DNA of 64,000 bases from Mobula hypostoma. Its lineage: Eukaryota. The first letter of the stretch is position 1. The number at the start of each line of letters is the position of its first letter. The stretch is from positions 21,206,001 to 21,270,000 of the forward strand of contig NC_086097.1 of the NCBI RefSeq assembly GCF_963921235.1, given 5' to 3'. Position numbers and translations under genes: made by a program. The notes under the pieces are model-generated. The model saw only the letters and a list, made by a program, of their open reading frames with translations, was not told the origin of the DNA and did no database searches. Below, one piece after another: positions 52,666-64,000 of this stretch.

Positions 52666-52761
52666 CTCCTTTATACTGTCTTCATCAGGCCTCTGCAGAT
52701 CTGGGTCATCTTCATTTATAACTTCTTTAGGAATAAGATCTGTAAACTTGCTGTAAATAAC
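52666..52761 (-). CDS. SNW1: SNW1 exon 4
   Basis: VIYSKFTDLIPKEVINEDDPDLQRPDEDSIKE; 96 nt. Confidence 0.97.
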
Positions 52762-53012
52762 CTGCAGAAGAGAAACAAACGTTGATGAACATTGTAAGTC
52801 TGTAAAGCCAAATTTTCTGAATTACACATTACACCCTCATCATCTTGACAACTATTGTATAACTTAATAAAATGTTATCTACCCAAAATATGAGTTAGAA
52901 TTCTGGATCAGGGGTAAGGAAGGTATTCCTCACTCAGCCCATCTGATGATGGAAGTAGAAAACAAAGTAACATAACACATCTGCAGATAAGAATCAGATG
53001 GGAATTACTCTA

Positions 53013-55065
53013 CAGGTCGACCTTCACTAATCTGGCGCCATTGGGACCTGAGGAGTGCCGGATTAGTGAAGATGGCGAATTACAGAAGGATCACATTAAG
53101 CAACAGCTAACCACCTCATCATACCTTAAAAATATCATGTAAATCAGTACAAGTTAGATAATAATGAAACAGAAATATTACCGTGTACATACATCTATTG
53201 ATGCTTCTGGACAAATCTTCAGTGATGTTCCTGGAATCATCGGGTGTTTTGGGTCTTTCAACATCATACAACCTCCTCCAGGCGACCCAGCCGGGGCTGA
53301 TCAGACCCCAGCTTGTGTCCAGATGGCTAGCCACTTATGACTCCATGGCTCCCCTCCTTTGAGCCACAGCCACCTTGAGGCCCTCTCTGCCGCATCGGTG
53401 GTACTGCGGATGGCTCTCCTCTTCCTCTCTCCCTCGATGCCCAAAATGCTGAAGGCTCTAACTAAAGAACGGGCTGCGAATCCCCTACAACCAACCTCCA
53501 CTGGGAGACACCTCGCTCTCCATCCAGCCTGCTGACAGTTGCTGACCAGTCCTGCGTACTTGGACAGCTTCCTTTCAAAGGCCTCCTCTAAGCTATCTTC
53601 CCATGGGACTGTCAGCTCCAGCAGCACCACTTGCTTAGTAGACTCAGACACTAGGACAATGTCTGGTCGCAGGGTGGTGGCTGCGATATGTTTGGGGAAC
53701 TTCAGCTGCCGTTCGAGGTCCACCAACAGCTGCCAGTCCCTTGCAGAGGTCAGAATGCCTGCAGATGTTCTTTTGGCGGGTATTGGCTGCTCCCCAGCTC
53801 TGACAAAGGCAATGGTCTGCTTGGAGGGTCGGGACCGCTTCGCCCACTCAACTCCTGCGCTGACGGCTTCAGCAATGGTCTTCAGGACCTGATCATGCCT
53901 CCACCTGTACCGTCCCTCACCAAGTGCTCTTGCACAGCCGCTGAGGATGTGCTCCAGGGTTCAAATGAGTAGCAAGTGAAATTTTGATAAAGTAATATAC
54001 TGTACATGCACAGATAAAATAAAGGGTACAGGCAAATGTACAGGAATTAACTTATACAGAAAAGTTGAGCTTTCCCGCTTCTAAAGTGAGACGTTTAATA
54101 TACCTTCAGGTAAAGTCACATGTCTGCAAGTGTGGGGTTGTCAGGATCATTAACATTTTGTTAGCACGGTAAATTACAGGAAATTGCCTTATACCCTGTT
54201 GGCAATTCTGCATCTGCTGTTGTAAGTGTTTTTCTTGGTGTACATCTCCAATACAAAGCAGTCTCATCAGCATTGTACACCTGCTCGGAGCTTAATTTTT
54301 CATCGGAGACTAACTTGGCGAACTCGTCAACAAACTCTGCTGTTGCTTCCTTGCCTGCTGAACGTTTTTCACCACACACTGCACAACACTGTAAGCCATG
54401 ATGCTGCTTGAACTGATGAAGCCAGCCTTCACTATAGTCACACTCATAATCTAGTCCTCGTTCTTCATGAAACACTTTTGCTTGTTCCTTCACCATATCT
54501 CCAGATAGTTCAACACCTTCACTTACACGAAGATTAAACATTATCAGCACTTTATCTAGTTCTGAACTTCTTCCATCTTTCATTGTTTTTCTTATGCAAA
54601 TGTTTCTTTCAGCCACTATCAGCAAAAAAATGTAGCAGTTTTTCTTTCTGTTTCCTTATATCGTCCACTGTGGAAGAGCCAATGTTGTAGCACTCGCACA
54701 AGCTTTTCATCGATACACCACTGTCCAGTTTTTTTTCAAGAGTTCAACCTTATCTTTAATGGATAACGTGCGGTGTTTTTGCTTCACAGCACGAAGTGCA
54801 TTTCCTTTACTCACTGGGGTCATAACTGGGGCTAATAAAAGGCCATTGATATTAATAAATGCAGGAAAACAAGCAGAAATCACCTGTCTGTGCTTACAAG
54901 AGCGCGCCAACATGTGAACAGATCTAGTGCAACCAAAACAATGCGCAGCAGATTGGTATGGTGGCCCGGGAAATTTGAAATTACAGTTGTGCGGAAAATT
55001 TGAAATCAGTGCTGGATTATCAAAGGAACCGGATTACAGGTAGTTGGATTAGTGAAGGTCGACTG
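53013..55065 (-). mobile_element. pogo/Tigger DNA transposon, internally deleted, both TIRs present
   Basis: TA|cag(g)tcgaccttcactaatc at 53011 and gattagtgaaggtcgactg|TA at 55047-55067; transposase remnants KHRTLSIKDKVELLKK (HTH-psq), CENP-B-like HTH (SEGWLHQFKQHHG) and VYNADETALYW (start of DDE domain). Confidence 0.92.
53190..53961 (-). mobile_element. 3' fragment of a restriction-like-endonuclease non-LTR retrotransposon (HERO-like), nested in the Tigger
   Basis: Open frame from ~53960 to 53301: TLEHILSGC (zinc knuckle end), RWRHDQVL, LRPDIVL...LLELTVPWE...KLSKY...VEVGCRGF. Confidence 0.85.
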
Positions 55066-55068
55066 TAC

Positions 55069-55230
55069 CTTGTCCTTTGACTGTCCTTGTCTGGCAATGG
55101 CATCAAATTTGATCTTCCCCTCTGCGTCCACCTGAACCGGCAGGGCATTGGATGATTTCTTCTTGCGGCCCATGTCCAATGGAAACTGTGCCATATGGAT
55201 CTCTGGAAATGCGCCTCCATCGCCAAAATC
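55069..55230 (-). CDS. SNW1: SNW1 exon 3
   Basis: DFGDGGAFPEIHMAQFPLDMGRKKKSSNALPVQVDAEGKIKFDAIARQGQSKDK; 162 nt; donor AAG|GTACAG. Confidence 0.97.
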
Positions 55231-56139
55231 CTGGAGGTAGAAAAAGAAAGACCGAATCAGTACTCCCAAGAGTTACAGTTTTATAGAGCTGCAACATTAT
55301 CTTGACACTCGAACTCAATCCACTGATTAACGAAGGTCTTCTTAACTACGTGTGATAAATTTGAGGGAACAATGGACTTGGACCCCAAAATCTTTCTGTT
55401 GCTCCACATGCTAAGAATCCTGCCATCCTTGATGGACACACCCAACAAATTCTATCTCAATAAAACCTGTTTAAGGAGGTGTCAATTAATATTAGGGAAG
55501 TTGAAGTTACCCATGACAACAACACTTATCTTTGCACTTTTCCAAAATCTGCCTCCCAATCTGCTTCTCAGTGTCTCTGTTGCTACTGGGGAGGGGGGGG
55601 ATCACTCCCAATTAGACTAATTGGTCTCTTCCAATTCCTGACTTCCACCCACACTAAGTATGCGATCACTCCACGGCATTTGCCCTTTCTGCAGCTGTGA
55701 TACTATCTCTGAAAGGCATATTTGCATAGCCTTGAAACACATTCAAGATGTTAAACAAGACAGTCATCCATTACACATTTTAAGTTGCTATTTTAAAATT
55801 GAATGTTTTTATTTAGATAGTTCCTCCACTGCAGCCTCTATACATCACTTTACTGATCTTTTTATACTGACTCCTGCAGGTTAGCTGTAAAGATTATTTG
55901 AAAAATGAAAATATACTTCTGAGCACAAAACTTTGAAAGGGTCTACTCAGAGAACAACATGTTGCCTTTTGTACATACATTTTTGAATACACTTAAGAAA
56001 ATATTGAAAAAATTTTTAAACCAGTGACAGCAGGTCACTTGATACTATTTTGTGCTGAAAGTAGGGAAGGATTTGGCCGAAAAAAATACAGAGTAGGGAA
56101 AATATGAGGTTGAAGGAAAAATGGAAAAGTAAATTATTT

Positions 56140-56661
56140 TTTACAACATTGGAAAGAGCTTAATGCTCCAACTACCTTTTTTTGGTTTTCTCAGACGATT
56201 TTATGTTTGAATTTGGAGAAAATTAGAAGTAACCTTTATGATTCTTCATTTAAATTTGAACAGATTTGGGGACCTTTTATTCGATATTTTCATTTAATGT
56301 AATATTTACCCTTCTTGTTTTTTTTTCACTGTTTTTAATGGAGGTCGGGATTGAGGACGTGATTTTAAGTTTAACTCTGTTTGGTTTCAAGTTAGCCCAT
56401 TGCTTTGCCTTGCTTTTAGTTAGCTGCACGGTGGGTTTTTTTTTGGGGTTTTTTTTTTCTTTTTTTTCCATTGATATATATAAAATTTAGTATACTATTA
56501 TGTTATCTTGGTTTCTTATGCTTAAATTACATTGTTTGTAGTATTTTCTTTTTGGTATTGTTATCTTTTGGAATTTTATTATACTTTAACATTGTATTAA
56601 TGTTTATATGGCTTACCTTTTTTGTATACTTACTCAATAAAAAGATTTAAAAAGAAAGAAA
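56140..56661 (+). mobile_element. L1-clade LINE 3' end inserted in an old CR1
   Basis: Peptide HWKELNAPT...LNLEKIRSNL...FEQIWGPFI resembles the fish L1 ORF2 C-terminus; T-rich 3' UTR, AATAAA and A-rich tail; perfect 16-bp TSD gaaaagtaaattattt at 56124-56139 and 56662-56677. Confidence 0.85.
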
Positions 56662-58195
56662 GAAAAGTAAATTATTTAAATAGAGTAAGACTACAAAATA
56701 TTGCATTTAATGGAATCTGGACTCATTTTGCATAAAGCAAAAACTGGTACGGAGGTACAGTGAGTATTTAGGAAAGTTAATGGAAAGTTGACCCTTGTTA
56801 CAAGAATACAATTGCAAGGAAGCTTTGGTCTCCAAATTTAAAGAAGGATTTTGAGGCAGTATGGGGAAGGTTCAATAGGCTGATTTATGGAATGTAAGAT
56901 TTGACCTATAAAAGACAGGTCAAACAGGATCAGACTTTGCTCGTGAAGTTCAAAAGAATGAGAGTTGATCTTACTGAAGCACTATTCACAGGATGGGTAT
57001 TTAATATTTACTCCGATTGGGGCTGTTTATAGCTTTGGAATAAGGAGTCATCCATTTCAGATGGAGATGAAAGGGAACTTCATCTTAGTGTTTCAACTCT
57101 CTGAAATTCTCTAGCCTAGACTTCCAAAGGCAGAATCAGTGCATATATTCAACATGGAGACCAACAGACATTTGAACTACAAGGGGGAATGAACTGCGAG
57201 GTAGAGTTGAAACTAATACTGGACCAACCATAATTCTGTTGAAAGTTGGAGACAGCTGGAAGAACCAAATGATCTACTTCTGCTCACGTTCTATGAGAGT
57301 GAAGAATGACAAGATACTCAGGCTGAACTTCAGTGGAACAGAGAAGTCCGTGTGAAACTGCAAATCACTAATCCTGGTATCCTTGCTATGCAATAATGCA
57401 AAATAGCAAACATTTGGCAGAGCTGTCAGATGCACAGGAACTACAATTATAAACAAGAGCAGCAAGTTTTTGTTTAGAGTTAGTGTTCAACAATCATTGA
57501 CTTATAATTGCTCCCACAAGACTGGAAAAGAGTTTTATCAACAACATTAATTCTCAGTGGCAAAGCCAACCCAACTGCAATGCTGTCAAGCACCCTAGTT
57601 AGTCCATGCCCAAATGTTTTGTCAGGCAAAGTGCTGTGAAAGACCAGAGACTTACTTGAATAGCAGAATTGAAGGCAGGCTGAATACAAATGGTTGTGTT
57701 GATTCCACATATTTAGTAACCCCCTAGTTTTAAGTTTTTCCCCTACTTACCACCCTGGCTGCTGAATACACCTTTTGATAAAAGGTAGAAACAAAGTAGC
57801 AAGTAGTAGAAGTCACACTAAAATAAAAACAGCTCATAAATCTCTCAATACCTTCACTGACAATCAAGGTAATTTCCAGTACTTTGTTATGTATCAGTAA
57901 CACTAATGCCGTAACAAACTCCAAAATATGAATGGAAGATGTGTCCGTTAAATATTTACAATAAAGTTAGTGTTGTTTACACAGCACCTGATGAGCTGTG
58001 GCAGAGAACTGAGCACCTGAAATTCAGTCTCTATGCAATCGATAATAATGCTGAAAGTACAGACATGAATAAAGATAGAAATTCTTACATGTATCAATAT
58101 TACTAACTGCTGCAACTAAATGTCTAGTTCAAGCACATGATATGTCAATGTTGTGTTCGGCAAAATAGATAATCATGACAAGATTGCAGATGTAC

Positions 58196-58349
58196 CTCCA
58201 AGGAACGAGGAATCCATCCTTTTCGATGCCCATATGGCGGAGGTTCTCTGCGGGATGCTACCAAGGCTGTTTGTCTGGCTCGTTGAGCACGGGCCTTTTC
58301 GTCAGCTTCCAGCTGATCCTGGGACAGCTGTGTTGGCGCAGGAAGAAAA
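58196..58349 (-). CDS. SNW1: SNW1 exon 2
   Basis: (S)FLPAPTQLSQDQLEADEKARAQRARQTALVASRREPPPYGHRKGWIPRSLE; 154 nt. Confidence 0.97.
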
Positions 58350-58977
58350 CTTGAAAATAAAAATAAAAATGTTTTTAATATTTCCAATAGATATGGCAAG
58401 GCAAATATCTCCTGGCTTTTCCACAGTGGAAAAGTTCCTGTGAACACCTGGACCGTGGAGCAAGTTGTTCAAAACCGTAATTTATCACACTGTTATCAGA
58501 TTTTTTTTATTTTAGAAATCCCTCAAAAGATTAATATTTTCATTTGAAATTTGGAATATTAAGGCTGGCCACACCATTGTGAGCACTTACACTACTTTGC
58601 AACTTATACCTGTGAGACATATTTTACCATACTACATATAAATAAGAAATATCTGATTAAGGATGTCCCACTTTAAATAGGCTACAGCACAACATAGGAG
58701 ATTAGAGCATTGGGGAAAATATATTAACATGGATTAAAGAATGGAAGTAAGAGTCAGAATAAAAGGTCCTTTTCAGACCAGAACAATGTAACCAGTGGAT
58801 CAGTCCTTGGCTCTCAATTATTTCCTATTGATATTATTGACTGAGAGGAGGGTGGAAAGAGTATTAAGCACCTAATTTTGCTTATGGCATGAAGATAGGC
58901 CGCAGATATTGACTCATTATCGTCACATGTACCAAGATACAGTGAAAAGCTTGTCGTGCTTACTGTTCATACAGATT

Positions 58978-59900
58978 AAAATTATGAGGGGTATAGATAG
59001 GGTAAATGCAAACAGACTTTTTCCACTAGATAGGGTGGGACTACAACTAGAGGCCATGGGTAAAAGGTGAAAGTTGAAAAGTTTAAGGGGAACATGAGGG
59101 GAAACTTCTTCACTCAGAGGGCAATGAGAGTGTGGAATGAGCTGCCAGCACAAGTGGTGCATGTGAGCTCAATTTCAACGTTCAAGATAAGTTTGGATAG
59201 GTACGTGGATGGGAGGTAGGGAGGGCTATGGTCCCAGTGCAGCTCGATGGCTATAGACAGTTTCTAGCCGCTGTCTGTAAGGAGTTTGTATGTTCTTCCA
59301 GTGACTACATGGGTTTCCTCTCAGTGCTACAATTTCCTCCCACAGTCCAAAAATGTACCAGTTGGTAGGTTAATTGGTCATTGTAAATTGCCTGTGATCA
59401 GACTAGGGTTAAATCAGGGGTTGCTGGGCGACATTGGTTCGAAGGGCTGGGACGGCCTGCTGCAAACTGTATCTCAACAGACAGACATAAATAAGTAAAG
59501 CGTAAAAGCTACCGAAAAAGTGCAGTAAAGAATAAAATGCAAGGTCATGATAAGATAGATTATGAAGCCAAGAACTAACAATGGGATAGAAGCTCTCCTT
59601 GAGCCTGCTAGCACATACCTTCAGACTTTTGTATTTTCTGCCCAATGGCAGAGCAGGTAAGAGGGAATGACTGAGGTGGGTGGGGTCTTCGATTATGCTC
59701 TCTGATTTACTGAGGTGAGAACTATGTATACACAGAGTCCAGAGAGGGGAGGCTGGTTCCCGTGAAGCACAGAGCTGTGTCCATAACCGCAGTTTTCTGC
59801 AGTCACGTGCAGAGCAGTTGCCATACCAAGCTGTTACGCATCCAGACAGAATGCTTTCTATGGTGCATCAATAAAAATTGGTAAGAGTTGACAGAGGCAT
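58978..59900. mobile_element. Cluster: CR1 3' end (+), V-SINE (+), Rex1-like fragment (-)
   Basis: Similarity to other copies in the window; ORF 59409-59645 (RKYKSLKVCASRLKESFYP). Confidence 0.65.
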
Positions 59901-60100
59901 GCTGACCTGCTGTAGCTGACTTGAGAGGACAAAAAATATAACAGTTAAGATTTTGTAAAAAGAACAATAGTTGAAGTGCTCAGAGTATCACAACGTCTAA
60001 TCTATTATCCTCAAAGTTAGTGATGTAACTTTGAATTGACATAACAGCAAATATGGAAATCATAACCATCTAGTTCCTTTGAGTCTTAAGTTCTTTTCTA

Positions 60101-60195
60101 AGTCTTGAAGAAAGGTCTTGGTCCAAAACGTTGACTGTTTATTCATTTCTGTAGATTTTTACCTGACCTGCTGAGTTCCTCCAGCATTTTGTGTA
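60101..60195 (+). mobile_element. Penelope-like terminus, degenerate hammerhead
   Basis: agtcttgaagaaaggtcttggtccaaaacgttgactg...ctgagttcctccagcattttgtgt. Confidence 0.7.
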
Positions 60196-61899
60196 AGCTG
60201 CATCCAGTTTTTTTCCTGCTGAGGACATTTGTCCTCTGATGACCCTGAGCTACAGAGGTTTGGTTGATGCACACGGCTCAAACAGAGAACAGAGCTGGGT
60301 GACTGAAATACAATGGGTACATCCTTTAGTAAGGAAACTTGGGGGGGGGGGGAAGAAAAGTGCCAAGATGTGGCATTAATGCCCATGGCTACAGTAGCAT
60401 AATGGCTAACTACTAAACCAGAGGCCAGAGTTACAGATATAATAAGTTTGAATTGCATGATGGCAATTGGGAATGTAATTAAATAAAAATGGAATGAAGT
60501 GTTAGCAATAAAGTCTGATTCCATCCCATAAGGAAGGTAAACTGTGATCTTCTTGCCCGTTGGCCTTTAAGTAACTCAACCCACACTCAAGGCTGACTCT
60601 TAAAAAAGTCCAGCATTTCATTCAGGGGCAGGTGAGTTTGAACAAGAAATGCTATGAGCACCCTGTGAAAGAAGTTTTAAACAAATACAGCAACTGCAGA
60701 AGTCAAAGATAAGAGAGAATTAACAAAAATGTAATATTTATATAGATAGATACCTGCAAAAAAAAAATCGAGGAAATGAAAACTGCTGGAAACATTCAGC
60801 AGGGTAGAGAAACATTGTGTCCAATTGATGACCATTGCTCAGCACAATCTGAAATATTTCAATCCTCTGATACTGCCAGACCTGCTGAGTATTTCTAGCG
60901 GTTTGTTTTATTTCAAATTGAAAGATAGTAAGTTAACATCCAGAGTGCATTCATGGCAGTTTTCTGAATTAATACACATCAGAATCTGAAAGCCAAACAG
61001 AAGTGTTGTTGGAACTCACACAGTCAATAGCATCTGTTGAAAAAGAGACCATGTGACAATTTGGGTCTACTTTGAAAACTGCCATCCCTCCACTTTGAGT
61101 TCTCAGAGTCTCTGACAACCTCGTCATCTTAATGTGAGCATATAATCATAAAATATGAACCCAAGTCATTCAGAAACCAAATCAAGAAGCACCATTCATA
61201 TAAGAACAGAAGAAATGTGAAATATTTCTTAACGTAGATGCCAAGGAGCAACTGAAGTTTAAGACGAATTCTGTTTGGTTCTGAGTGAAACTATCAAATA
61301 TTGAAAGGCATAAACAGAGTGGATGTGCAAGAGGGTACAAGTTGGTAGGTTAATTAGCCACTGTACAATGCCTCTGCGTGCAGATGGTGGGAATGAACTG
61401 ATAGGAGTGTGAGGATTGTAAAGTGGAACTGTTCTAGGGTTGGAAGAAATAGGTTCTTGATGGACAGGCTCCATGATACTTTTGTCTTAGATCAATATAA
61501 ATACACTAAAATATAGATTAGATTGAATAAATTAAAAGGTATATGCCAAGTCTTTAAGATTGTTGTACTAGCATTGGCAGAGGAGCTATAACTACACTAA
61601 CATCTCAAAGATCAACATCATTATTGCTTTATCCTAAATGGCTCCACAGAAAATCTTTCCATCTAGTTAATCCTTAATTCATAAAACTCCAACAAGGACT
61701 TACAGAAACATAACATGATAGAAAGACCAGCTAAAATGTTAGATGCAGTAACACAACTATTGCATACTTGTTTTAGCCCTGTTTCACACAAAGAATATTG
61801 ATTGAGATGCACTTTACACAACATTCCTTCATGCTACACGACAATTTATATTAGGCCCATTTCTACATATTAATTCCACGAACATTGCAACACAGCTAA

Positions 61900-62645
61900 G
61901 CATATTCAAGGATGTAATGTTCTGGATTTCTAAGGCACTGATGAGACCTCACTTGCACTGTGGGAGGGTCATCCTTTATAATGGAGATGAGGAGGAATTT
62001 CTTTAGCCAGAGTGTGGTGAATCTGGAATGCATTGCCACGAGTGGCTGTGGAGGACAAGTCATTGGGTATATTTAAGGCAGAGGCTGATAGATTCTTGAT
62101 TAATCAGGGCATGAAGGGATACAGGGAGAAGGTGGGAGATTGGAGCAGAGAGAAATAAATCAGCCATGATGAAATGGCAGCGCAGACTAGATGGACCAAA
62201 TGACCTAGTTCTGCTTGTGTGTCACCAAAAGAACAGCCTCCCCTTCGTGGATTAGGTCTACACCTTTTACCTCCTCCTTAAAGCTGCCGGCATAATCAAC
62301 GTGCCCACCCTCCCTGGATATTATCTCTTCTTCCCCCTCCCATATGAAGATTTAAAAAAAAGGCTTAGAAGCATGTACCACCAGGCAGGTTCTATCCCAC
62401 TGTTATAAAGCTATTGAAAGGACCCCTAGTACGATAAAATGTACTCTTGAACTAACAATTTACCCATTTATGGCCTTGCACCTTATTGTCTACCTGCACT
62501 GCACTCTCTATCACTAGTACTTTATTTGACATTGTCATTGTACCCTGTACTACTTCATTGCAACGTTGTAAATTAACCTACATGGATGGTACACAAGTAT
62601 TACACTGCACATCTGTAAGTGTAATAATAATAAACCAATTTGATT
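61900..62645 (+). mobile_element. CR1 3' end followed by Rex1-like 3' end
   Basis: Similarity to other window copies (ttctttagccagagtgtggtgaatctg; ttctatcccactgttataaagctattgaa). Confidence 0.65.
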
Positions 62646-63302
62646 CAAGCAACTCAGAACGAGGGATTAGGTTCATCATTCCTCAACCAACTCCTTGAAA
62701 TTAGGCCTCCTCAGTATTGCTCAGAGTACTACGATTTTACCCATTACTTTATTTTTAAAAATAACGTTTCCTATTTCAGGTGCTGGATGAAACCATGGCA
62801 ACAATTACGTGGCGACACAGATACTACACACCTTCAGCATTACATTACCAATAAATTTTATGTGCAACTAAGTATTAAAATGGTCCGATATAGATCAGAG
62901 TTACAGAACCAACGAAAACAAAACCCAAGTAACTTGGACAATATTAAAAATAAGCAAGAAGAAACACAGATTAATACCTAAACCTTCAGTCCCGACTATA
63001 TTTCAATATAAAGTAGGAACTTTTCCCAATAATGGAACACGCAAGGGGACTCTAAAACCCATCTGCCCACGGTATTGCTCCCGTTCCTCAGCACACAGTT
63101 CGGTTGGTTGGAGCACGATCAGCAAAGGCGCTTCGACAGGCCTCCCAGGAAAGGAGGTGCCAACAAAACCAAACAATTCCAGGGGTGCCACACAGTTCGC
63201 ACCAACTCGCGTTTACTTACACCAGCGGGAACTCGGAGCTGGCAGGTAACAGGAACTATAACCAGGCAGCCGATTACTGCAGGAATATAAAGCATAACTA
63301 AC

Positions 63303-63316
63303 CTCGTCAGCGCCAT
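63303..63316 (-). CDS. SNW1: SNW1 coding exon 1
   Basis: aaaATGGCGCTGACGAG|gttagt gives MALT(S) in phase with exon 2; the 14 exons total 1614 nt = 537 aa + stop. Confidence 0.9.
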
Positions 63317-63900
63317 TTTCTCCTGGTTGTTGCTGCCCCTGACGATATACGTCTGACGTTATGCCGCAGGGGCTGAGATGTCAACCAAACCAGGCGTCAC
63401 CGCGGTGCGGCAGCTTTGATCATGTCTGCGTCATGATGTAGGCATGCAATTTGCATTTGGCGCCCTTCGCAGCGGCCCTGCGTTGGACAGTGATCGGATC
63501 GCTCAGTTGACGTAAACATGACTGACAGCAGGTTTGACCCGCCCACTGGTTGTCCCTTGGATGCTGATCTACGTCTATAGGTTAAAGCCTCATGGGAGTT
63601 GTAGTTCTCCTACTTACTTTTCTTTTAATATACGAAGTAACCGGGATTTCTTTCCCATAGAAAGACTTCGTTATGCTATCTTATGCATTGAGTAACGCTC
63701 ATTCAGTTTATTAAGTCAAATGAGAAAACAGGGGTGTTTTTAAAATGTTGTAGTTTTCTTCCAACTCTGTCCTGCTTAAAACGACTTGCCAGTTGGAGTT
63801 TGTGACTACAATTCCCATATGACTTTGCGCGATAGGAGGAGGTCATGGGTCAGGGCTTCCCGGTTGTCGGAGGCTGAAGCCGTCTGTTGCCAATAGCCGG
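63317..63900. promoter_or_regulatory. SNW1 CpG-rich promoter, probably bidirectional
   Basis: Two opposed ACTACAnnTCCCA (ZNF143/THAP11-type) motifs at 63593-63605 (-) and 63805-63817 (+); octamer ATTTGCAT at 63449-63456; YY1-like AAAATGGCG over the ATG. Confidence 0.7.
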
Positions 63901-64000
63901 TAAGAGTTGCGATGTAAGATACCATTGGTGCAGGGTTCAGCACCCGTACACAACGGTATCATACTGGTCGTTTTTGGTTGAGATACTGCTCGTTTTTATC

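Noticed and set aside
54161..54913. Domesticated TIGD/Jerky-like gene
   Set aside because: Fragmented by stops and frameshifts, truncated in the DDE domain, and still flanked by TIRs and TA duplication.
63003..63301. Short ORFs near the SNW1 start as separate genes
   Set aside because: They lie in the GC-rich start of SNW1 intron 1; 63119-63316 is exon 1 read through its donor and the others have no recognisable homology.

Overview
Vertebrate, repeat-dense nuclear DNA; the CR1, Rex1-like, Penelope and V-SINE repertoire suggests a cartilaginous fish, probably a ray or skate (inference). By hand-splicing I recover the conserved ALKBH1(-)/SLIRP(+)/SNW1(-) block. It comprises ALKBH1 coding exon 1 (17591-17719; no further exon found, so intron 1 appears to exceed 17 kb), complete SLIRP (4 exons, 102 aa) and complete SNW1/SKIP (14 exons, 537 aa); all introns are GT-AG with consistent phases. 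ALKBH1 and SLIRP are head-to-head with 209 nt between ATGs, and SLIRP and SNW1 are tail-to-tail with 298 nt between stops. The introns are mostly transposon debris: CR1 and Rex1-like LINEs, a 2.9 kb Penelope-like element (PLE), an L1 3' end, a HERO-like fragment, Tigger and Tc1 DNA transposons, and tRNA-derived SINEs. Three observations stand out. (1) Minimal type I hammerhead ribozyme motifs occur in PLE termini across the window. (2) Short fold-back PLE-terminus insertions are bounded by target-site duplications, including a 217-bp one 155 nt into SLIRP intron 1. (3) A Tigger transposon is inserted into the TA at +2/+3 of the SNW1 intron 3 splice donor, so its TIR now supplies the rest of the donor. 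Exon coordinates were counted by hand. Repeat boundaries are approximate unless a TSD is given, and comparisons to human proteins are from memory.
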